64,000 bases of DNA from Myxococcales bacterium SG8_38 (lineage in GTDB: Bacteria; Myxococcota_A; Polyangia; Polyangiales; Houyiibacteriaceae): the NCBI GenBank assembly GCA_001303415.1, contig LJTN01000006.1:19759-83758 (forward strand). Reading direction: 5' to 3'. The notes under the pieces were generated by a model. That model ran no database searches. It saw nothing but the letters and a program-made list of their open reading frames with translations, and was not told the DNA's origin. The position numbers were made by a program, and so were the translations under genes. Of the stretch, positions 19,724 through 30,019 are shown piece after piece; the first letter of the stretch is position 1; every line of letters starts with the position of its first letter.

Positions 19724-20842
19724 GTGACATTTCGGTCGTTCCCCTGGCATTTGGTGCTGCTGGCCGCGGCGGCCGCGCCGGCTTGCACGACGAGGGCGCC
19801 GGCCGCAACCGAGGCGCCAACTCCTCCGGTTCACGCCGTGACGATCCAAGCCGAGACCGTGCGTCCCAACTCGACGGCGGCCGCCGAGATTCTGGCGAAT
19901 CGGGAGGCCAACCTCCGAGCCGAGACCGCGGGCCGCGTCGTCGACGTGCTCGTCGAGACGGGCGACCGGGTCGATGTCGGAGAAGTGCTCGTCCGTCTCG
20001 ACGTGGGCCGTCCTGCTTCAGCGGCGCAGGCGGCTCGCGCTGCCGTCGCGCAGAGCGAGGCGCGGCTCCATCAGGCCGAAAGGGAGCTCGCCCGAACGAA
20101 GCAGCTCGTCCGGACCGGCGGCTTGCCCGAGCAGAGGCTCGATGATGCCAGGGATGCCGTTCGGCTAGCGCAGGCCGCGAGGGACGCTGCGAAGGCCGAG
20201 GCGCAGCTCGCGCGGCATGGCCTCACCGAGGCCGTCGTGCGCGCGCCGTTCGGGGGCACGGTCGTGGAGCGAACCGTGGAGCTCGGCGAGTATCTCGCGC
20301 CCGGCAGCCCCTTGCTCACGTTGGCCGACACCAGCCTGCTCAAGGCGCGCGTATTGCTCGACCCGCGCGAGGCCATCGATGTGTCGGTCGGCGCAGATGC
20401 AGAAATCTCGGTGTACGCACGCCCGGATGAGACCTTTCGCGGCAAGGTGGTGCGGGTCGGCGAGGTCGTCGATCCACGAACACGCCGGCTGCCCGTCGAG
20501 ATCGAGATCGAGGATCCTGGAGGAAGGCTGCGTCCCGGGTTGGTAGGCAGCTTCTCCGTCGAAACGGGGGCGCCGCGGCCGGTAATCCGCGTCCCGCTGG
20601 ATGGCGTTTTCGAGCGCTTTGGCAGTCAGCACGTCTACGTGATCGAGGACGGCGTGGCGCACCGTCGGGTGATCGAGCTCGGCGCGGTTCGCGCTGGATT
20701 TGCCGAGGTCGAACGCGGTCTCTCGCCTGGCGAGACGGTCGTGTCGAAGGGCGTGACCCGCGTGGTCGACGGGTCGGAGGTGAAGGTGGTCCCCGATGAC
20801 TCGGCCACCGCCTCGTCGACCGAGCCAGGCGACGAGCCATGA
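19724..20842 (+). CDS. Efflux RND transporter periplasmic adaptor (membrane fusion protein), lipoprotein
   Basis: Lipobox 'AAAPAC', coiled-coil hairpin and a beta-barrel C-terminus. ATGA overlap with the RND pump gene. Start uncertain (GTG 19724 or upstream). Confidence 0.8.
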   Translation: MTFRSFPWHLVLLAAAAAPACTTRAPAATEAPTPPVHAVTIQAETVRPNSTAAAEILANREANLRAETAGRVVDVLVETGDRVDVGEVLVRLDVGRPASAAQAARAAVAQSEARLHQAERELARTKQLVRTGGLPEQRLDDARDAVRLAQAARDAAKAEAQLARHGLTEAVVRAPFGGTVVERTVELGEYLAPGSPLLTLADTSLLKARVLLDPREAIDVSVGADAEISVYARPDETFRGKVVRVGEVVDPRTRRLPVEIEIEDPGGRLRPGLVGSFSVETGAPRPVIRVPLDGVFERFGSQHVYVIEDGVAHRRVIELGAVRAGFAEVERGLSPGETVVSKGVTRVVDGSEVKVVPDDSATASSTEPGDEP

Positions 20843-23800
20843 GCATTCCCGAGTTTGCGGTTCGCCAGCCGGTTCTCGTCAATCTCGTCGCGATTTCGAC
20901 GGTGGTGATCGGCGCGTTGGTGATGAGCGTAATGCACCGGGAATCGCTTCCCACGATGCCTACCGGCTGGGGCACCGTGACCACGGTGTACGCCGGCGCG
21001 TCTCCCGAGGAGATCGAGCAGCTCGTCACGATTCCGGTCGAAACCGCCGTCGGCGACGTCGACAAGGTCGACGAGATATGGAGCTCCTCCAAGGAGGGTG
21101 TCTCCTACGTGACCTTCAAGTTCGACGCCGACGTCGAGGACATGACCAGCGCGATCATGGAGGTCTCGAACGAGGTCAACCGGATCGACGATCTGCCGTT
21201 CGACGCCGAGAGACCAATCGTCCGTGAGGTGAAGGTCGACTTCCCGACCATCGCCGTCTCGGTCCGGGGGGAGGTCCCCGAGGTCGTCCTGCGTCAGGTG
21301 GGCAAGGACTTGGCCGATCGGATCGAGCGCATCTCCGGGGTTTCGGGGACCTGGAGAAACGGCATCCGGGACCGCGAATTCCGGGTCGATGTCGATCCAG
21401 ATCGGCTTGCGGCCTACCAGCTTCCCCTCACCGCCGTGACCGAATCGCTCCGTCTTCGGGCGGTGAACGTGCCCGCCGGGACGACGAAGGGTGAAGGGGA
21501 TGCACGGCTGGTGCGCGGGATGACCCGTGTCGAAGACGTCGAGGAGCTCGGCGACGTCGTCATCCGTCCGAGCGCCCGTGGGGGATCGGTGCGCGTGCGC
21601 GACGTCGCGGAGGTCTACGATACGTTCGCGCCGGGCAAGTACAGCGGACGCGTCAACGGGGAGCGGGCGAGTCCGCAAGGAGGAGCAAGCCGATAGCATC
21701 GACATCAGCAAGGAGGTGCATGCGCTCGTCGAGAGACTGCGTCCGAGCCTCCCGCCGGGCGTGAAGATCGACTTGTTCGGAGACGCCGCAACCGAGGTGC
21801 GGCACTCCTTGGGCGCGCTCTACGCGAACGCCGCGGTCGGCCTCCTGCTGGTGCTGCTTCTGTTGTGGGTGGCCGTCGGTGCGCGCAATGCGACCATGGC
21901 TGCAGTGGGTGTTCCCGTCGCCATCGCAGGCGCGATCGTCGCCATGTACGTGATGGGCATCACCATCAACATGATGTCTTTGCTCGCGCTGATCCTGTGC
22001 CTGGGGGTCGTCGTCGACGACGCGATCATCATCATCGAGAACATCTACCGGCACATGGAGGAGGGCGTCCCGAGGCGAAAGGCCGCGGTCATCGGCACGA
22101 AAGAGGTCTTTTGGCCTGTGGTTGCCTCGACGCTCACCAGCTGGGCCGCATTCTTGCCCTTGCTGTTGATGGAAGGCGTCTTGGGTGATTTCTTTGCGAT
22201 CATCCCCAAGGTGGTTGTGGCTTCGTTGGCTGCATCGCTGATCGAAGCGATGTTCGTCTTGCCGAGCCACATGGCCGAGCTCGGAAAGCTCGGGCGGCTG
22301 AAGACCGCGGCGTCCGAACCTCCGAAGACTCGGCTCGAGCGTTCGGGCGCGCGTATTTTGGAGGCCTACGATCGCGTGCTCCGTTGGTCGCTTCATCATC
22401 GGGGCACCGTCGTCGCCGGAGCCTACGTGACCTGTGCGGTGATGGTGGTCGTCGCGTTCACGGTGAAGGACGTAATCCTGCTGACCGAGGGCGACCCGGA
22501 CATGTTCGACGTCCGGGTCCACATGCCGACCGATGCATCAAAGGAAGAGACCGAAGCGCTGCTCGCCAAGCTCGACCGCCGGATCATGGAGCTCGAAAAT
22601 CCCGATGTGGAGGCGACGGTTGCCGTGCGCGGCATGACGCGAACCGACATGGGCGTGAGCACGGGCGATCACTTGGGCATGGTCACCGTCTTCGTGGTCC
22701 CCGCAGCCGACCGGAGCAGCATGCACGGAGGACGCGAGCTAGTGAGCCGGGTGAGCGGGCTCTACCACGACGTTGTCGGACCGGCCCGCCTCGAGGTCGT
22801 CGAGGTGCGCCCGGGGCCCCCGCGAGGCGCGCCGGTTGCGGTTCGCATCCGGGGAGAAGACCACGAACGGCTGGTGGAGCTCGCCGAGCAGGTGCTGGCC
22901 GAGGTTCGCGTGACGCCGGGCACGCGCAACTCGAACCACGACTACGAGCTCGGCAAGCAGGAGCTGCAAATCAGAGTCGACGAGCAGCGCGCGGCCCTTC
23001 ACGGCCTGACGCCGGAGATGGTCAGCGCCTGGCTGCGAAGCGCATTTGGCGCAACCCCGGCCTCCACCCTACGCGAGGGTGACGACGAAATCGACATCGT
23101 CGTCCAGCTGCGCGAAGACGTGCAGCAGGACCCCGCCCGGATCGCCTCGCTTCAGCTGATGGCGCCCAATGGCGACCAGATCGCAATGCGTGAAATTGCG
23201 GAGGTTTCCCACGGAAGAGGCCCCGGGGTAATCCGCCGCTATCAGCAAAAGCGGGTGGTAAGCGTGTTGTCGGGCATCGACGAGGAGGTGACCAACAGCG
23301 GCGAAGTCAATGCGACGCTCCAGGAAAAGCTCGCTCCGCTCGAAGCCGCCAATCCCGACGTCGTGTTCGAGTACGGAGGTCAGTTCGAAGAAACGCAGGA
23401 GTCGGTCGACTCGCTCTTTGCGGCATTCATCGTTGCGATGCTGCTGATATACACGATCCTTGCGACCCAGTTTCAAAGCTTTTCGCAGCCGTTGGTGGTC
23501 ATGGCGGCCATTCCTTTGTCGTTCATCGGCGTAGCGGGAGGCTTTCTGCTCGACCCGAAGCCGATTGGGCTGATCGCGTTGGTGGGCGTGGTCGGTCTAA
23601 CCGGAATCGTGGTCAACGACTCGCTCGTATTGGTGGATTTCATCAACAAGAGACGCGATCGCGACATGGCGCTCGACGAAGCGATCGTCGAATCGGGTAG
23701 GCTGCGAATGCGGCCGATTTTCCTGACGAGCGTGACGACGATCGCCGGTCTCTTTCCTCTGTCGCTGGCTGGGGACAGCCTTCCCCATCTCGCACCCATG

Positions 23801-23986
23801 GCGCAGGTGATCGTCTACGGGCTGACCTTCTCCACGTTGCTGACCCTGGTGGTGGTGCCTTGCCTGTACCGGCTCAATGTCGACTGGGCTGCACGGGCTT
23901 CTGCTTGGCTCTCCCCAGTGGGACGATGGGCCACGGACCCGGGCGCGGCCGTGCCCGACGACCCGGCCGACACGACGGCCGAGTAG
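20839..23986 (+). pseudogene. RND (AcrB/CzcA-family) efflux permease, split by a 1-nt frameshift near 21668-21672
   Basis: ORF 20839-21696 carries the N-terminal TM1 and porter domain. ORF 21527-23986 carries the rest ('VVDDAIIIIENI', 12-TM architecture). The span is 3148 nt (3n+1). Confidence 0.8.
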
Positions 23987-24025
23987 CGCTTGGCAAGCGC
24001 CCCGAGTAGCTGCTACGCGCACGGC

Positions 24026-24820
24026 ATGGCGAGGCGTTTTGAAAACCAAGTGGTCTGGATCACGGGCGGAGGAAGCGGTATCGGCCGAGCGCTGGCGCTT
24101 GCGTTCGCCGGCGAGGGCGCTGCGGTGGCAGTCTCGGGCAGGCGCGAAGATCGACTGGGACAGGTGGTGGAGGAGATCGAGTCGCATGGCGGCAAGGGGC
24201 TGGCCGTTCGATGCGACGTGACCGACGAGGCGTCGGTGGCCGAGGCTGTCCAAAAGGTGGTCCGGACCTTGGGCGGGCTCGATGTGGCCGTCGCCAATGC
24301 GGGCTTTTCGGTGGCGGGCCGGATCGAAAAGCTTTCCGCCGCCGATTGGCGCCGCCAGCTCGACGTGAATGTCATCGGTGTCGCGATGACGGCGCGTTAC
24401 GCGATTCCCCACCTGCGGAAGCGAAAGGGAAGATTGGCTCTGATCGGAAGCGTGACCTCCATGCTCCCGACTCCCGGTGTGGGCGCCTACTCAGCATCGA
24501 AGTATGCGGTGCGATCCATCGGGCAGACCCTCGCCGTCGAGCTCCATGGAACCGGCGTGACCTGCACGACGATTCATCCGGGCTACATCGAAAGCGAGAT
24601 CGCCCAAGTCGACAACCAGGGACGCTTCGATGCGTCCCGCGAGGACCGGCGGCCGAAGAATCTCATATGGCCCGCTGACAAGGCTGCGAGCGTGATGCTG
24701 GACGCCATCGCCAAGCGAAAGCGCGAGTACACGTTTACCGGGCACGGCAAGGTCGGCGCGTTTGCCGGACGGCACATGCCCGGCCTCGTCCACTTCGGCC
24801 TCACGCGCTCCAAGAAGTAG
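24026..24820 (+). CDS. SDR-family oxidoreductase
   Basis: 'VWITGGGSGIGRA' Rossmann motif and the 'YSASKYA' catalytic YxxxK. Confidence 0.8.
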   Translation: MARRFENQVVWITGGGSGIGRALALAFAGEGAAVAVSGRREDRLGQVVEEIESHGGKGLAVRCDVTDEASVAEAVQKVVRTLGGLDVAVANAGFSVAGRIEKLSAADWRRQLDVNVIGVAMTARYAIPHLRKRKGRLALIGSVTSMLPTPGVGAYSASKYAVRSIGQTLAVELHGTGVTCTTIHPGYIESEIAQVDNQGRFDASREDRRPKNLIWPADKAASVMLDAIAKRKREYTFTGHGKVGAFAGRHMPGLVHFGLTRSKK

Positions 24821-24833
24821 CGCGAAGCGCTCG

Positions 24834-25784
24834 CTACTGGACGACGAACCGGAACATGAAGACCAAATAGGTCTCCTTGCGTCCGCCGAGATCCTGTCGG
24901 AGCCCCCCTTCGAAGCCGACTTTGCCCTTGTTGATGCCGATGCCGGCGGTCATCTGGTTGAGATTTCGCCCGCTATCCCGACGGTAGCCGATGCGAAGAG
25001 GCACCATCTCGCCCGCGATGTAGCTCAGGCCGCCGCCTGCGATCAGCTCGGGTTTTTCAAAGGTCGAGACGTCGACCAGGATGTCCCCGCCCAGGCTGAA
25101 GCTTTCGATCGGCGCCAGGCTGACACTGCCTCCCGCAATCTGGGGCGCGAGCGCGGAGTGTGTCCGGATCAGGTTGTACCCGAGACCCGCGATCTTGAGC
25201 CATGGGAGCGGGGTAATCGTAATCGATGCATCCATGGTGACCCGGTCGAGCGAGGGACCGAGGCGCTGCCCGTCACTCCTGTCGGGGCGGATCCTCGCCC
25301 AACGCAGGCCGAGCCCGAGCCCGAGCTGAGGGATCGCCTGAATACCGATACCCGAGCGCCAATCCCAGCCTTGGTAGCGTCGGTCGGTTCCGCTGAACAC
25401 ACCTCGAAAGCTGGTGCCGAGCGCGACGCGCTTTGCCGTGGTCGAATCCGACACCGAGCTGCCGATGGTCCAGTAGGTGCCGCCATCGCTCTTGTCGCCA
25501 GGGATCAACTGAGAAAAGGCTTCGATGTGATAGGTGGAGATGGCCGCCATGTTGGACGTGTTGTAAGCCAGCGCGGAAATCGCGGTCGCCCCCGCTCGCG
25601 CGCCCGAGCCCATGGCCAAGCCGTACGTGGTCTCGAGCGTGTCCTCCGTCGGCACCTGGGCAGGATCCCCCACGCCGCCCACGCCCGGGGGCGCCTCCGT
25701 TTGCGCCGAGGCGATCGAAAACGGGCAAAGCGCGATCCACAGACCGACGATTGCCGTCCAGCAACAAGCTTGCTTCGCCCCCAT
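24834..25784 (-). CDS. Hypothetical outer-membrane beta-barrel protein
   Basis: Signal peptide ending 'ASAQ', then Gly/Ser/aromatic alternating strands throughout. Confidence 0.5.
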   Translation of the reverse strand: MGAKQACCWTAIVGLWIALCPFSIASAQTEAPPGVGGVGDPAQVPTEDTLETTYGLAMGSGARAGATAISALAYNTSNMAAISTYHIEAFSQLIPGDKSDGGTYWTIGSSVSDSTTAKRVALGTSFRGVFSGTDRRYQGWDWRSGIGIQAIPQLGLGLGLRWARIRPDRSDGQRLGPSLDRVTMDASITITPLPWLKIAGLGYNLIRTHSALAPQIAGGSVSLAPIESFSLGGDILVDVSTFEKPELIAGGGLSYIAGEMVPLRIGYRRDSGRNLNQMTAGIGINKGKVGFEGGLRQDLGGRKETYLVFMFRFVVQ

Positions 25785-25921
25785 GGGTAACGCCCTCGGC
25801 GAAGCTATCAGCGATGGATCACCCCTCCAAATTGTCGACCTCGCAGCGATGAAGGCTGAAACGTTTCATCGCGGCTGGTTCTTCCCGGGGTCGAATTGCG
25901 GGCCCTTCAGACCGGCTCTAC

Positions 25922-26887
25922 ATGCTCGTGGTGTTGGATTCGATACTGGATGCGCTCCTAGACAAATCCGTCCTTGGTTACACGGCACTCGGCTACCAGT
26001 TGCGTCACCATCCACCCATAGAGGAAGACCTGACCGGCCGGGTTGCGCTCGTCACCGGGGCGACCTCGGGGCTGGGGCGAGAAACGGCCATCCAGCTCGG
26101 GCGTCTTGGTGCAGGCGTCATCATCGTCGGCCGCAACCGTGAAAAGACACACGCCGTGGCCGAACAAATCCGCCAGCGAACCGGCAATCCCCATGTGAAG
26201 GCGGAAATCACAGACCTCAGCTCGATGCGTGAGATCCGGGCGCTTGCGGCACGCGTCCTGGGCCCCATCCACTTGTTGGTCAACAACGCGGGCGTCCTCC
26301 TTCCGGAACGCAGCGAGACGGACGAAGGGTTCGAAACGACCTTCGCCACGAATTTGCTGGGCCACTTCCTTCTCACCAACCTTCTGATCGATGCGCTCGA
26401 GCCTCCGGCCCGCATCATCAACGTGACCTCAGGCGGCATGTATACGCAGCGAATTCGCGTCGATGATCTGCAGATGGCGCGAGGTCGATACGACGGCGCG
26501 ATCGCGTACGCGCGGACCAAGCGCGGGCAGGTCATCCTGACGGAGCTTTGGGCGCAGGCGCTTCGAGAGCGCGGCATCGTCGTGCACGCCATGCATCCGG
26601 GTTGGGCCGATACCCCTGGTGTGTCGACCTCGCTGCCGCGATTCTACAAGCTCACCAAACCCCTGCTTCGGACGCCGGCCCAGGGAGCCGACACGATCGT
26701 CTGGTTGTGCGCATCGGAGGAGGCAGCCCGCTCCACGGGCAAGCTCTGGCACGACAGGAAAGCTCGTCCCGCGCACCGGCTCCGCAGGACGAAAGAAACC
26801 GACGCAGAACGGCAGGCGCTGTGGAACGAATTGGCCTCCCTGAGCGGCTGGCCCGGGTCGCTGTCGGATCTCGCCGAATCCGGATAG
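25922..26887 (+). CDS. SDR-family oxidoreductase (DHRS12-like)
   Basis: 'ALVTGATSGLGRE', 'NNAG' and 'YARTK' motifs. Confidence 0.75.
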   Translation: MLVVLDSILDALLDKSVLGYTALGYQLRHHPPIEEDLTGRVALVTGATSGLGRETAIQLGRLGAGVIIVGRNREKTHAVAEQIRQRTGNPHVKAEITDLSSMREIRALAARVLGPIHLLVNNAGVLLPERSETDEGFETTFATNLLGHFLLTNLLIDALEPPARIINVTSGGMYTQRIRVDDLQMARGRYDGAIAYARTKRGQVILTELWAQALRERGIVVHAMHPGWADTPGVSTSLPRFYKLTKPLLRTPAQGADTIVWLCASEEAARSTGKLWHDRKARPAHRLRRTKETDAERQALWNELASLSGWPGSLSDLAESG

Positions 26888-26896
26888 CCTCCGCCC

Positions 26897-27883
26897 GTGC
26901 TCAAGCTACCCAAAGACCGTGTGATACCGCGGCGCATGATGACCATTTCGATCTACGCGCTGTCATGGCTATTGCTGACGTTGCTCACCCCCCTCTGGAT
27001 TCCGCTCGCCATCATGATTGGCGCGGCTCGAAGAAGGTCGTTCATCTTGCTCAGGCTTCTTTTCTTCGGCTGGTTCTACCTGGGGTTCGAGCTGATAGCG
27101 CTAGTGCTCATTGCGGGGGTGCTCGCATTCAACAGAGGCGCGGCCAGGGACGAGGCACTCTATGCCCTCCAGGCATGGTGGGCGAGCATCAACTTGCGGG
27201 TCGCCGCGCGCTTGTTGCGGCTCGACATCACGGTGGAAGGAGCCGAGCAGGCAACTCCCGGACCCTCGATCTTGCTGATTCGCCACGCCAGCATCTTGGA
27301 CACGCTGCTGCCCTGCGTGTTCGTTCAGCGCCCCTATCGCTTTCGCGTTCGTTACGTCCTCAAACAGGAGCTGCTCTTCGATCCTTGCATCGACGTGGTG
27401 GGCAACGCGCTACCGAACTATTTCGTCGATCGAACCGGCAACACGCCGAGGGAGCTCGCGCGGCTCCGCGATCTCGTCTCGGACCTCGGCACCGATGGCG
27501 TCCTCATCTTCCCCGAAGGAACCCGGTTTTCCCCTGGGAAGCGGAAAATTGCGCTCCAGAAGCTCGACGCCAGCGGCTCGCCGATGAGCGAAGCAGCCCA
27601 TGCGCTCACCCGGGTGCTCCCCCCGAAGCCCGGCGGGGTGCTGACACTGCTCGACGCCTTGCCCAACGTCGACTGCGTCATCTTCGCACATACGGGTCTC
27701 GAGACGTTCGCAAAGATCAAGGACCTGTTGAGCGGCGATGTAGTTGGCTCGAAGGTCCGTATTCGATTGTGGCGCGTCCCGTCACACGAGATACCGGAAG
27801 GAAACAATCGACGGTTTCGTTGGCTGTACGAACAGTGGGCGAAGGTCGATGCGTTCGTCCGAGATGCAAGCACACGATCGTGA
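26897..27883 (+). CDS. Membrane-bound lysophospholipid/1-acylglycerol-3-phosphate acyltransferase family protein
   Basis: Two N-terminal TM helices, 'HASILD' (HX4D) and 'FPEGTRF' acyltransferase motifs. Confidence 0.7.
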   Translation: MLKLPKDRVIPRRMMTISIYALSWLLLTLLTPLWIPLAIMIGAARRRSFILLRLLFFGWFYLGFELIALVLIAGVLAFNRGAARDEALYALQAWWASINLRVAARLLRLDITVEGAEQATPGPSILLIRHASILDTLLPCVFVQRPYRFRVRYVLKQELLFDPCIDVVGNALPNYFVDRTGNTPRELARLRDLVSDLGTDGVLIFPEGTRFSPGKRKIALQKLDASGSPMSEAAHALTRVLPPKPGGVLTLLDALPNVDCVIFAHTGLETFAKIKDLLSGDVVGSKVRIRLWRVPSHEIPEGNNRRFRWLYEQWAKVDAFVRDASTRS

Positions 27884-27889
27884 GCTTCC

Positions 27890-28283
27890 AGTGGAAAAGT
27901 TGTGGACGGAGTGTGTGTCGATGCGCAATCTGCTTCGGATCATGCAACACGATGCGAGGCGACGACTGTGGATGCATTGGGCAAGAAAAGACGCAGATGT
28001 TGCGCGAACGATAACGAGTCGCAAATCATAGTGATTGCAACAGCTTGTCAACAGCCAGGTAACGACAGGCAACGTCCTTCGCGCGTTCGTCAAAAAAACT
28101 GCAAGCGAATCTTTCGCGATCACGAGCGGTTAGAAATTAGCCTGTCGATCTTCGTAGACGGCTCGAAAACTCGCTGCTAGTTTCGGCGCCCTTCGGTCAG
28201 AGACACCAGCCGACGGTCGCCCAGTCGGTAGCAGTTGGTGGACGCCAACGGATCACTCGTCCCTCCGCGTGAGCTGTGGATCG
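27890..28283. promoter_or_regulatory. dnaA upstream region with degenerate DnaA boxes and locally reduced GC
   Basis: Box-like sites, read on the strand that matches the TTATCCACA consensus: AGTGGAAAA (27890-98), TGTGGACGG (27901-09), TGTGGATGC (27967-75) and TGTGGATCG (28275-83). The last two carry an exact ATCCACA core. An A/T-richer stretch lies at about 28020-28160. Confidence 0.5.
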
Positions 28284-28332
28284 TTTGGGGACGATAATGC
28301 GGAACTGCGTGCTTTTTGGGGGCAAGTAGACG

Positions 28333-29694
28333 ATGGAACAGCTGTGGGAACAAGCGCTGAATTGCCTGAAAACGCAGCTCTCCACAGAGAACTTCGAAAC
28401 CTGGTTAGAACCCGTCCAGTTTGGCGGAATCGAGGGTGATTCATTCGTTCTTCGAATCCCAAATCAGTTCTTTGCCGAGTGGATCGCTGCGCATTACCTC
28501 GACTTGATCGTCGACACGCTGCAGAGCCAAGCGGGTGATGCGCGCGTGCCATCGAAGGTTCGCTGGGAGCTCGACGAAACACTTCGCGAGAGAGCACAAG
28601 CTGCGCGCGAATCGACCCCGCCGCCACCCTCGGTCCGCGCGCCCCGCGCGACTCCCCGTGCGCCGGTGTCTGCCGACCTCAACCCGAAGTACCGATTCAA
28701 GAACTTCGTCGTCGGCCCGGCCAATCAACTCGCACATGCGGCAAGCGTCGCATGCGGCTCCGATCCGGGGCGTCGATATAATCCTCTGTTCATCTACGGA
28801 GGTGTAGGTCTCGGAAAGACACATCTGGTCAACGCCATCGGCCATGCGATCTTGCAACGCAACCCGCGTGCAAGGATCCTCTATCTTTCGGCGGAGCGTT
28901 TCACCAATGAGTTCATCTGGTCGTTGCAGAACCACCAGATCAATACATTTCGAGAACGATATCGAGCTCAGTGCGACGTGCTCCTGATGGACGACATCCA
29001 GTTTCTCGCCGGTCGCGAGCAGACGCAGGAAGAGTTTTTCCATACGTTCAACGCCCTGTATCACTCCGACAGGCAGATCGTGATGACCTCCGATGTCTAC
29101 CCTCAGCAGATTCCGGAGATGCAGGAGCGTCTGATCAGTCGTTTCCAGTCCGGGATGGTCGCGGACGTGCAGGCACCGGAGCTCGATACCCGGATCGCAA
29201 TCCTGCAGACCAAGGCCGAAAGCGAGGGCATCGAGCTTCCGAGCGAGGTGGCTTTGTTCTTGGCCCAGGCGGTGCGGAGCAACGTGCGGGAGCTCGAAGG
29301 GACGCTTCTTCGAATTGCGGTCAAGGCGGAGCTTCTGGGCCTTCCGATCGACCTCGAGCTCGCCAAGGACACGCTTCGAACCATGGTTCCGAACCAGGAC
29401 ACCGCGATGACGGTCGACGACATCCAGCGGATCGCCTGCGGCTACTTCGGGATTCGTCTCGCCGACCTCAAGTCGCGGCGCCGTCACCGCGCTGTGAGCT
29501 TTCCGCGCATGATTGCGATGTATGTCTGCCGTCAGCGGCTGGGCACGAGCTATCCCGAGCTTGGTGAGCGATTCGGCGGCAAGGACCACACCACGGTCAT
29601 CAGCGCCGTGCGGAAGATTGGGAGCCTGGTCGAGGCACAGGACGAACGCGTGCTGGGCGCCGTAGATGCCATCGAGCGCAAGCTCGGCATTTGA
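28333..29694 (+). CDS. dnaA: Chromosomal replication initiator protein DnaA
   Basis: 'MEQLWEQALNCLK...', AAA+ 'GGVGLGKTHL', and the domain IV 'DHTTVISAVRKI' block. Confidence 0.97.
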   Translation: MEQLWEQALNCLKTQLSTENFETWLEPVQFGGIEGDSFVLRIPNQFFAEWIAAHYLDLIVDTLQSQAGDARVPSKVRWELDETLRERAQAARESTPPPPSVRAPRATPRAPVSADLNPKYRFKNFVVGPANQLAHAASVACGSDPGRRYNPLFIYGGVGLGKTHLVNAIGHAILQRNPRARILYLSAERFTNEFIWSLQNHQINTFRERYRAQCDVLLMDDIQFLAGREQTQEEFFHTFNALYHSDRQIVMTSDVYPQQIPEMQERLISRFQSGMVADVQAPELDTRIAILQTKAESEGIELPSEVALFLAQAVRSNVRELEGTLLRIAVKAELLGLPIDLELAKDTLRTMVPNQDTAMTVDDIQRIACGYFGIRLADLKSRRRHRAVSFPRMIAMYVCRQRLGTSYPELGERFGGKDHTTVISAVRKIGSLVEAQDERVLGAVDAIERKLGI

Positions 29695-29704
29695 TGACAT
29701 CGAG

Positions 29705-29986
29705 TTTTCCACCGATTTGGGGGTCGTGTGGGAGGTCTGGCAAGCCGGGCCTTCCACACGCTTTTGGTGTATACAAGCGGCTGTGCTCGGGTTGGGGATC
29801 AACCTGGGGAGTGCCCCTGTGAATGGCTCTGCATGAGGGCTTTCCACAACCGAGCCAGGATCATCCACCACGCCACGATTGACTCAAAGTCTCATTCTTC
29901 CAAAGAGTTATCTTGCTTCATTCACAATCCACAGCTGTTAAGACGACGACGTATTTTAAAATTGAGAGATCTAACGCCGTGGATAA
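29705..29986. promoter_or_regulatory. Candidate oriC: DnaA-box cluster plus AT-rich stretch in the dnaA-dnaN intergenic region
   Basis: TTTTCCACC (29705-13), CCTTCCACA (29750-58), CTTTCCACA (29840-48), TCATCCACC (29861-69), CAATCCACA (29925-33) and CGTGGATAA (29978-86, which is TTATCCACG, 1 mismatch). AT-rich GTATTTTAAAATTGAGAGAT at 29951-70. Confidence 0.6.
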
Positions 29987-30019
29987 ACAGACACCTCATC
30001 GCATGGAGTGAACCGGAAC

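Noticed and set aside
26548-28014. 488-aa plus-strand ORF spanning the SDR 3' end, the acyltransferase gene and part of the dnaA upstream spacer
   Set aside because: It is an alternative frame of two well-supported genes, and its Arg-rich composition is typical of spurious GC-rich ORFs.
28160-28332. Search for rpmH (ribosomal protein L34) or rnpA immediately upstream of dnaA
   Set aside because: The only ORF there (28197-28385, minus strand, 62 aa) bears no resemblance to the Lys/Arg-rich L34 sequence, so no feature was called.
28441-29871. 476-aa minus-strand ORF overlapping dnaA
   Set aside because: It is antisense to an unambiguous dnaA and has no family signature.
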